From positions 6,092 to 70,091 of the forward strand of contig JABGRQ010000081.1 of assembly GCA_018648225.1 (NCBI GenBank): a stretch of DNA of 64,000 nt. The letters run 5' to 3'. This DNA comes from Chloroflexota bacterium (GTDB lineage: Bacteria; Chloroflexota; Anaerolineae; Anaerolineales; UBA11858). Both the position numbers and the translations under genes were made by a program. The notes below the pieces were generated by a model. It saw only the letters and a program-made list of their open reading frames with translations. It was not told where the DNA came from and did not search any database. Position 1 is the stretch's first letter. Each line of letters starts with the position of its first letter. Shown piece after piece: positions 54,015-61,030 of this stretch.

Positions 54015-55010
54015 ATGTCCAACAAAACGCAATTCGCACTAAACAATTTACTGGCACGCGCCCTGGCAGCCCGGTCAGGCCTGATTGATGCCGATCACGC
54101 CGCGGGGCTGCGTCTGTTCAGCGGTTTCTATGAGGGCTACCCCAATCTGGTGGCCGATATTTACGCCCGCACGCTGGTGTTATTCGATTATGGCGAATCC
54201 GGGGATGCGCTGAAAAACGCGGGGGAATTTCTGCGAGAGAGACTTCCCTGGATTAATTGCGTGATCCACAAGACGCGCTCGGCGCGTGATGCAGCTCAAC
54301 GGAGGGGGATACTCGCCTTTGGGGATGCGCCTGCCGAGAACATCCGCGAGTACGGCGTGACGTACGCCCTCGATTTACAACTACAACAAGATGCCAGTTT
54401 CTACCTCGATACGCGGGCGCTGCGCCTGTGGCTCCGGGAGAACGCCGCCGGGTGGGATATGCTCAACACCTTCGCCTACACCGGCAGTCTGGGGGTGGCG
54501 GCGCTGGCCGGGGGCGCAGCGCGGGTTATCCAAACTGACCGCAATCGTAAATTTTTAGATCTGGCACATCATTCCGCCCGACTCAATCGACTCGATTTGG
54601 GGAAACAAAAATTACAAGCTGGTGATTTTTTCAGCGTGATCGCCAGATTGAAGCAGCGTAAGGCGCGTTTCGACTGCGTCATCATTGACCCACCTTTCTT
54701 CTCCAGTACCGCAAAAGGCACGATTGATCTCGTCAACGAGAGTACCCGCCTGATTAATAAAGTGCGCCCCTTAATCAAGGATGGCGGCTGTCTGGTCACG
54801 ATCAACAACGCCCTCTTTCTTCCCGGAGCAGACTATATGCACTCGCTTAAAGCCCTGTGCATTGATGGGTACCTCAGCATCGAAACCATCCTTCCCGTTC
54901 CGAGCGATATTACCGGCTTTCCAGAAACCATCGTTGGCGCGCCGCCCGTCGATCCGGCACCCTTCAACCACGCTACGAAAATTGTCGTCTTACGCGTGCG
55001 GCGAAGATAA
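54015..55010 (+). CDS. Class I SAM-dependent (RlmI/RlmK-like) methyltransferase
   Basis: LNTFAYTGSLGVAA, VIIDPPFF (DPP motif). Confidence 0.7.
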   Translation: MSNKTQFALNNLLARALAARSGLIDADHAAGLRLFSGFYEGYPNLVADIYARTLVLFDYGESGDALKNAGEFLRERLPWINCVIHKTRSARDAAQRRGILAFGDAPAENIREYGVTYALDLQLQQDASFYLDTRALRLWLRENAAGWDMLNTFAYTGSLGVAALAGGAARVIQTDRNRKFLDLAHHSARLNRLDLGKQKLQAGDFFSVIARLKQRKARFDCVIIDPPFFSSTAKGTIDLVNESTRLINKVRPLIKDGGCLVTINNALFLPGADYMHSLKALCIDGYLSIETILPVPSDITGFPETIVGAPPVDPAPFNHATKIVVLRVRRR

Positions 55011-55128
55011 TGTACGCACTAACAAAACCAGACTTCCGAGATTTTTAAGTATGTGCCAATATCAGCAAAATTTTGGTCAAATCCCGGAAGTTTTTTGTAT
55101 CCATCATCACCGGAGAGTTTCATAGTTC

Positions 55129-56415
55129 ATGAATTTACCCCACACACACTGGCTCGCCAAACGCACCAACTTCTACTACGGTTGGATCATCCTGCCGATT
55201 TCTATTCTGGGGGCATTCTTTACCAGCCCCGGCCAGACTTATATGGTATCGGTCTTCAATCCATCCCTGCGTGAAACGTTCAATCTTAGCCTGAGCCAGC
55301 TTACCGGCGCGTATATGCTCGGTACGGTATTGGCTTCACTGCCGCAATCGTATATTGGTCAGTGGGCTGATCGAATTGGCATTCGCAAAGTGCTGTTCGT
55401 GATCGTCACCCTTTTCAGCCTGGCGTGTGTTTTTATTTCCCAGGCAAGCAGCCTGCCGATGCTGTTTGTAAGCTTTTTCTTCCTGAGGTTGCTGGGGCAA
55501 GGATCGTTAGAACTGCTCTCTGTGAATATGCTGCCGATGTGGTTCCGCAAAACATTGGGTACGGTTTCTGGCATCAAGAGTGTGGCGGTTAACCTGATGA
55601 GCGCGCTTGTACCCGTGGGGGTGTTGGCGCTCATCGGTCAAGTAGGCTGGCGCACAACTTATATCTTGGCCGGAGTAACTGTATTCGCCATTCTGATGCC
55701 GACGGTCTACTTTTTTTATATTAATCGCCCTGAAGAGATCGGCCAGCAGATCGATGGAGATACAGAAATTGACAAGCCGGCAACTTCGAAGCGCACCATC
55801 ACGGCTGTGCTCCCTGAAAACGAACTTACGCTCAACGAAGCCATGCGCACACGCGCCTATTGGATTCTGACTCTGGCATGGTTCGCCTGGGCGGCCATTG
55901 CCACGGCGATCACCTTCAATTTGTTGCCCATCTTCACAGCCAAGGGCCTCACCGAGCAACAAGCCGCTTCCAGCTTCACAATTCTGATGGTCGCTTCAGC
56001 CATCTTCCAAATTTTCGGCGGCGTGATTGCAGACCGGGTCCAACTGCGTTGGATGGCCGTCGGCGCGCTGGGGCTGTATTCTGTTGCGGTCGGGGCGCTG
56101 ATCTACGTGCCGGTTGGTTCTGTTATTTGGGTGTACACGCTCATCTTGGGGGTGGCACAAGCTTTATTTGGCGGGCTGAATAATACCATTTGGGTGCGCT
56201 ACTTTGGGCGTACTCATCTTGGTAAAATCCGCGGCAGCGTGTGGACGGCCGCCGTGGCGGGCAGCAGCGTTGGCCCGTTTCTGATGGGCGTTTCCTACGA
56301 TCAGAGCGGAGATTTTTTCATCTCGCTAGCCGTCATCGCCCTGATTTTGGTCGGACTGGCGATTTCTGGTCTTTGGGCCACACCCCCCTTGACTCCGTCT
56401 CAGCCTTCGGTATAA
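55129..56415 (+). CDS. MFS transporter
   Basis: 12 TM pattern and GQWADRIGIRK loop motif. Confidence 0.8.
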   Translation: MNLPHTHWLAKRTNFYYGWIILPISILGAFFTSPGQTYMVSVFNPSLRETFNLSLSQLTGAYMLGTVLASLPQSYIGQWADRIGIRKVLFVIVTLFSLACVFISQASSLPMLFVSFFFLRLLGQGSLELLSVNMLPMWFRKTLGTVSGIKSVAVNLMSALVPVGVLALIGQVGWRTTYILAGVTVFAILMPTVYFFYINRPEEIGQQIDGDTEIDKPATSKRTITAVLPENELTLNEAMRTRAYWILTLAWFAWAAIATAITFNLLPIFTAKGLTEQQAASSFTILMVASAIFQIFGGVIADRVQLRWMAVGALGLYSVAVGALIYVPVGSVIWVYTLILGVAQALFGGLNNTIWVRYFGRTHLGKIRGSVWTAAVAGSSVGPFLMGVSYDQSGDFFISLAVIALILVGLAISGLWATPPLTPSQPSV

Positions 56416-56625
56416 TGCCAATAATCGAATAACCGATTTGCACGGAGTCAAGTACTCGCCTAATTTTTCAGAGAGCTGCCGGTTGGTGTGAGGCAGTAAG
56501 CCAAGCGAAGAAATCCGCCCCGTCGTCCGCGACTATGTTTAGGACAATCGCTCCCGCAGGGACACTCGCAAGTTCGCCACGTCGTAAGGGAGCCGGGTTC
56601 GCCCGTTACAGTGTTTTTATGAGTT

Positions 56626-56669
56626 CGCCCTCACCCCGGCCCTCTCTCGGAGGGAAAGGGAGAAAGAGC
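56626..56669. repeat. Family A-like degenerate copy inside the serS T-box leader
   Basis: cgccctcaccccggccctctctcggagggaaagggag. The palindrome is imperfect. Confidence 0.45.
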
Positions 56670-56693
56670 GGAAAAAGCAGGTGGCACCACGAG

Positions 56694-56733
56694 CGCCCCC
56701 CTCGTCCTGCAGGATGAGAGGGGCGTGTTTTAT
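56694..56733 (+). terminator. T-box leader intrinsic terminator
   Basis: The cgcccccctcgtcct / aggatgagaggggcg stem is followed by TGTTTTATT. Confidence 0.8.
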
Positions 56734-56740
56734 TAATTCT

Positions 56741-56829
56741 TTAACGCGAAGCCGCAAAGATGCCAGGTCTCAAAGTTTGTAGTCATCATTTTTTCATTGC
56801 GCCTTTGCTTCCTTGCGCCCTTGCGTTAA
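56741..56829. repeat. Family C palindromic repeat between the T-box terminator and the serS RBS
   Basis: ttaacgcgaagccgcaaag...cattgcgcctttgcttccttgcgcccttgcgttaa. Confidence 0.75.
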
Positions 56830-56854
56830 ACTTTTCATTCTTCGGAGGTGCATT

Positions 56855-58129
56855 GTGATCGATATTAATTTAATCCGCGAAAATCCCGACATAGTACGCG
56901 AGTCACTGCGTAAACGCCAGAGCGACCCCGCCCCGGTGGAACAAATTCTGACGCTGGATGAACAGCGCCGCGAGCTAATTTTGCAAGGTGAAACCCTCAA
57001 AGCCGAGCGCAATGTGGTTTCTAAAGAAATTGGCAAAATGAAAGACGCGGCTGCGCGGCAAGAAAAAATCGATGCCATGCGCGTCGTCGGCGACCAGATC
57101 AGCGAAATCGACGAACAACTGCGCGGCGTAGAAACCGAACTCAATGCCCTGATGTCCACCCTGCCCAATGTCCCCGGCGAGCAAACTCCCTACGGCGTGG
57201 ATGAAAGCGAAAACGTGGTGTTGAAAACCTCGGGGGAGATTCCCGAGTTTGACTTCGAACCCAAACCCCACTGGGAACTTGGTCCCGAACTGAGCATTAT
57301 CGACTTTGAGCGCGGCGTCAAACTGACCGGCTCACGCTTCTATGTGCTCAGCGGAGCCGGAGCGCGCCTGCAACGGGCGCTGATTGCCTTTATGCTCGAT
57401 CTACATATCAAGCAGGGTTACACCGAAAAATACACCCCCTTCATGGTCAAAACCGAAACTGTCTACGGTGCGGGGCAACTGCCCAAATTTGCCGATAATC
57501 TCTACAAAGACCACGAAGAAGAATTGTACTTCGTCCCCACCGCCGAAGTGCCCCTCACCGGCTATCACATGGACGAAATCATCGATGAAGCCGAACTGCC
57601 GCTGAATTACACCGCCTATACGCCCTGCTTCCGCCGCGAAAAGATGAGCGCCGGGCGCGATGTACGCGGCATCAAGCGCGGTCATCAGTTCGACAAAGTC
57701 GAGATGTATATGTACACCAAACCCGAAGATTCCCCGGCGGCCTTCGAGAAAATGTTCGCCGATGCCGAAGAAACTGCCGAACTGCTGGGCCTGCCCTACC
57801 GCACGCATCAACTTTGCACCGGCGATCTCGGCTTTGGGGCCAGCATCACCTACGATCTCGAAGTGTGGGCGGCGGGCTGCGGCGAGTGGCTGGAAGTTTC
57901 CTCCGTCTCGAATGTCACCGACTTCCAGGCGCGGCGCGCCAATATCCGCTATCGGCCTGAGGGCGGGGGCAAGGTTCAATTTTTGCATACCCTCAACGGG
58001 TCTGGGTTGGGCCTCCCCCGCGTGATGATCGCTATTCTCGAAAACTATCAGCAAGCCGATGGTTCGGTCGTCGTTCCCGAAGTGCTACGCCCGTGGATGG
58101 GTGGGATTGAGGTTATTCGACCGGAGTGA
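56855..58129 (+). CDS. serS: Seryl-tRNA synthetase
   Basis: GGAGG at 56844-56848 and GTG at 56855. [11 protein letters not shown] start. Class II motifs TPCFRRE and GSGLGLPR. Confidence 0.9.
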   Translation: MIDINLIRENPDIVRESLRKRQSDPAPVEQILTLDEQRRELILQGETLKAERNVVSKEIGKMKDAAARQEKIDAMRVVGDQISEIDEQLRGVETELNALMSTLPNVPGEQTPYGVDESENVVLKTSGEIPEFDFEPKPHWELGPELSIIDFERGVKLTGSRFYVLSGAGARLQRALIAFMLDLHIKQGYTEKYTPFMVKTETVYGAGQLPKFADNLYKDHEEELYFVPTAEVPLTGYHMDEIIDEAELPLNYTAYTPCFRREKMSAGRDVRGIKRGHQFDKVEMYMYTKPEDSPAAFEKMFADAEETAELLGLPYRTHQLCTGDLGFGASITYDLEVWAAGCGEWLEVSSVSNVTDFQARRANIRYRPEGGGKVQFLHTLNGSGLGLPRVMIAILENYQQADGSVVVPEVLRPWMGGIEVIRPE

Positions 58130-58198
58130 AGCAACTTGCCGCACCGATTTTCGTAGACAGGTATTAGTTGATTACCTGTTCCCCCGTAAGGAGTTCTC

Positions 58199-58690
58199 AT
58201 GCCCGAATGGATTCTCGCAACAAGTCGCTTTCTCATTATCCTCACCATGGTCGTGGGGCAGCTCGGTCTGGTCATCCCTATCTTCCCCGGCAACGTGGTC
58301 ATTTGGGCTGCGGCCCTGGTCTATGGCATTTTATTTGGATTTGGCAAACCCGGCGGGATTCTCTTCGGGGTTATCACCCTGCTGATGTTCGTAGCCGTCA
58401 CCGCCGATAATGTTTTTATGGGCGCCAAAGCCCGCGAGAAAGGCGCCGCCTGGCCTTCGATTTTCGCGGCCCTGGCCGCAGCGGTAGTCTTTACCTTTAT
58501 GTTTCCCCCCATTGGCGGGTTGATCGCCGCCCCGTTGGTGCTGTACCTGATGGAGTTTCGCCGCCTGAACGACAGCAAACAAGCCACCGAGATCGTCAAA
58601 GGGCTGATGCTCGGTCTGGGGCTTTCGTTTGCAGCGCGCTTCGCGTTGGGCTTAGTGATGATCGGTTTGTGGGCAGTGTGGGCTTATTGA
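58199..58690 (+). CDS. DUF456-family membrane protein
   Basis: AAGGAG SD. LVIPIFPGNVVIWAAALVYG pattern. Confidence 0.65.
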   Translation: MPEWILATSRFLIILTMVVGQLGLVIPIFPGNVVIWAAALVYGILFGFGKPGGILFGVITLLMFVAVTADNVFMGAKAREKGAAWPSIFAALAAAVVFTFMFPPIGGLIAAPLVLYLMEFRRLNDSKQATEIVKGLMLGLGLSFAARFALGLVMIGLWAVWAY

Positions 58691-59262
58691 GGTTGAAAAA
58701 ACGTCATCCCTACCCCCAGGCGTTCCAACCCCTCTTCGGCCCAGTGGCGGATAAACGCGGAATCATCTTCGAGATAGGCAAATAATACCGGTATCGTGCC
58801 CTGATCTTGCATTTTTGCCAGGGCGCGCACGGCCTCCAGACGAACAGTTTGGGGGCCGTTTTGCATCACATCACTCAGCGCGGAAATGGCATCCGCTCCG
58901 ATGGCGATCAGCGCATCGGCGGCCAGACGGCGCAGGAGTTGGTCTTCGGCTGGGAGGGCGGCGATTAGGGCAGGGATGGCATCGGCATGGGGATGTTCTC
59001 TCAGCCCCAGGGCGGCGCATTGCCTGACAGCCAGGTCTTCGTCTTTGAGCAAACCTGCGAGTAGAGTCCCGACCTCGGGAGTAGCAATCAACGCCAAAGT
59101 CCGCGCCGCCCACCAGCGCGTATCCGCATCCGCAGCGTTGAGCAAATCCCCCAGCGCGGGAATAGCCGCTTCCCCAAACGCGGCAATCTGATGCGCGGCG
59201 GCTTCGGCGAGTTCATCATCACCAGCCATTAAATCGGCAAAGAGTTTTTTAGAATCGGGCAT
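58684..59262 (-). CDS. HEAT-repeat protein
   Basis: Repeated AAxALGxxGxxxAIPALxxAL pattern. ATG at 59262. Its 3' end overlaps the convergent DUF456 gene by 7 nt. Confidence 0.65.
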   Translation of the reverse strand: MPDSKKLFADLMAGDDELAEAAAHQIAAFGEAAIPALGDLLNAADADTRWWAARTLALIATPEVGTLLAGLLKDEDLAVRQCAALGLREHPHADAIPALIAALPAEDQLLRRLAADALIAIGADAISALSDVMQNGPQTVRLEAVRALAKMQDQGTIPVLFAYLEDDSAFIRHWAEEGLERLGVGMTFFQPQ

Positions 59263-59265
59263 GGC

Positions 59266-59326
59266 GATGAAACAAAGACACGAAGACATAATTTAAATTT
59301 CTTTGTGCCTTCGTGCCTCTGTGGTG
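59266..59326. repeat. Family D-like partial copy
   Basis: aaacaaagacacgaagac...tttctttgtgccttcgtgcctctgtggtg. Confidence 0.4.
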
Positions 59327-59331
59327 AGTAG

Positions 59332-59550
59332 CTATTTTTCTGGCGGGGGGATGGGGAGCGCATCTTTGGCGGTTTCAACCCATTTGTCGCCTTCGTCGAT
59401 GAGCATCACAGGGATGTCTTCGCGCACGGGGTATTTGCGCCCGCAGTCGGCGCAGACAAACCAGGTTTCTTTGTAGAATTCAAGTTCGCCGCCGGTTTCG
59501 CGCACGCAGGCGGGGCATCGTAAAATTTCGATAAGTTCTTGACTGACCAT
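59332..59550 (-). CDS. Trm112-family small zinc-ribbon protein
   Basis: LRCPAC...CADCGRKYPVREDIPVMLIDE. Confidence 0.75.
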   Translation of the reverse strand: MVSQELIEILRCPACVRETGGELEFYKETWFVCADCGRKYPVREDIPVMLIDEGDKWVETAKDALPIPPPEK

Positions 59551-59616
59551 TTTTTACTCCATTTTATTGTTCAGGTGACAGTCACTTTTGAAGTGACTGT
59601 CACCTGGTTTCAAAAT

Positions 59617-60114
59617 TTATACATCCTCAAAGCGAATATTGACATTGGTCATGCTGTTGCCCAGATCAACGCCCTGAATGACAATCGCTTGCCCTTTGGC
59701 GTGTCCATCAAAGACCATGCTGAAGGTAGTATCGGTGATTGCAGTGTTGATTTTTCGCTCCGTCAGGCCCATCTCGGCAAAAATGCGGCGATAAAAATCG
59801 ATCGCCTGTTCAAGGGTCATACTGGTGGCAAAATTGACCTGATCGTCGCCACCGGTGAAATTTTGTACATCATCGGGCAGGGGAAATTCGGTATCGTAAT
59901 CGCCCGATTTCCCGGGCGGCGGGCCTGCGGGCTTTTCTTCGCCCGGAGGCGGCGCTTCAAGGGTAGGTTTTGCACCAGGAGGCGCATCTTGTTGGATGGG
60001 TGGCTGGGCTTCTTCGGCAGCGGGAGCTTCAGCGCCGCCGTTGACCAGGGAACAAGCCAGGCTGGCTACCAACAAGGTGATGAGTACCCATGCAAAAAGG
60101 TGTTTATTTTTCAT
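59617..60114 (-). CDS. Hypothetical lipoprotein
   Basis: MKNKHLFAWVLITLLVASLACS lipobox and a Pro-rich linker. Confidence 0.55.
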   Translation of the reverse strand: MKNKHLFAWVLITLLVASLACSLVNGGAEAPAAEEAQPPIQQDAPPGAKPTLEAPPPGEEKPAGPPPGKSGDYDTEFPLPDDVQNFTGGDDQVNFATSMTLEQAIDFYRRIFAEMGLTERKINTAITDTTFSMVFDGHAKGQAIVIQGVDLGNSMTNVNIRFEDV

Positions 60115-60154
60115 AATATTTTTCTCTCAATATCTTTACTACGAAAGTTCACAG

Positions 60155-61015
60155 CTAACGGCAGGCCTCGCGCCAGGCATCCAAATCCCAATTTTTCTTC
60201 AGGAAATCGAAATTCAGAGCGTTGGTCTGGGGGCAAAATTCATCGCTGGCGAGTTCATATTCTACCCCAAAAACGGCTTTTCCGGCTTCAACGAAGGGCA
60301 GCAACATTTCGCACTCACCATAATAGGGGCATTCTTCGTTGAGCGCCCAATCGTAATAGGCCACCAGATCGGGGATTTGGTTGAGATCATTTTTCAGCCC
60401 AATCGAGAGACCGCGTGCGTGGGCCTGTTCGGCGAGCCAGAGATTGAAATCCAGTTGATGCTGATATGCCAGTTCAAATCCCGATGGATTTTCGTAGGCG
60501 TTGACGTTGTCGGGGTCTACGCCGTCACAGCCTTTCTCGACGGCCAGATCAAGGCGGGCAGCCATCAACGGGGCCAGCACATCCAAGGCGCGAATATCCA
60601 GCCAGTATTCGCCCGGCCAGCCCTCGAGCGGATCCCCGATGACATCTTTGGGAAACTGGCCCGCGTCGGGACGCCACTCTTCCCAACTCCCGGCGCTGAA
60701 ATAGCAAATCACCACGCGCCCATCGGCGCGCAATTGTTCGATAATCTGCTCAGAGACTTCAAAGAGATCAATATCGTACATTTCAACATCAAAGGAGATA
60801 TCCGGTCCGGCGCTGCTGAGTTCGATCTGCCAACTTGTGCCCGGGACGGGCTGCCACCACGCGCCTGTCTCCGCAGGCACGGGCGTGTTCACCGGAGCAA
60901 CCGTCGCGGGTGGCTCAATTTGCTCAGAGATACCAATACAGGCGCTAAGGGCGAAAAATAGCAGGATGAAAACCGCATAGAAAAAGGATTTGGGAAAATG
61001 AGCAGCAATTTGCAC
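60155..61015 (-). CDS. Endo-alpha-1,4-polygalactosaminidase-like glycoside hydrolase (GH114), lipoprotein
   Basis: VICYFSAGSWEEWRPD, GCDGVDPDNVNAYEN and GLSIGLKND motifs. Lipobox LSACIG. GTG start with no obvious SD. Confidence 0.7.
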   Translation of the reverse strand: MQIAAHFPKSFFYAVFILLFFALSACIGISEQIEPPATVAPVNTPVPAETGAWWQPVPGTSWQIELSSAGPDISFDVEMYDIDLFEVSEQIIEQLRADGRVVICYFSAGSWEEWRPDAGQFPKDVIGDPLEGWPGEYWLDIRALDVLAPLMAARLDLAVEKGCDGVDPDNVNAYENPSGFELAYQHQLDFNLWLAEQAHARGLSIGLKNDLNQIPDLVAYYDWALNEECPYYGECEMLLPFVEAGKAVFGVEYELASDEFCPQTNALNFDFLKKNWDLDAWREACR

Positions 61016-61030
61016 AGATTGAACCCGTTT

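Larger units (their letters stand above)
56445..56735 (+). promoter_or_regulatory. T-box riboswitch leader, serine-specific, controlling serS
   Basis: AGAGAG bulge with the ctgcc/ggcag helix and a GGTTGGTGTGA distal loop (56470-56495). GAAAUCCG specifier region (UCC, 56514-56516). T-box AGGUGGCACCACGAG (56679-56693). Antiterminator gcagg/cctgc plus acgag/ctcgt with a 7-nt UGGCACC bulge. Competing terminator at 56694-56733. Confidence 0.85.

Noticed and set aside
56626-56669. Calling the T-box internal segment a bona fide family A insertion
   Set aside because: The palindrome is degenerate and the segment may simply be the native stem II/III of the leader. I kept it only as a low-confidence resemblance.
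8915-56829. The many palindromic repeats as a possible CRISPR array
   Set aside because: Copies are dispersed singly across the window, are not regularly spaced with unique spacers, differ in family, and no cas genes are present.
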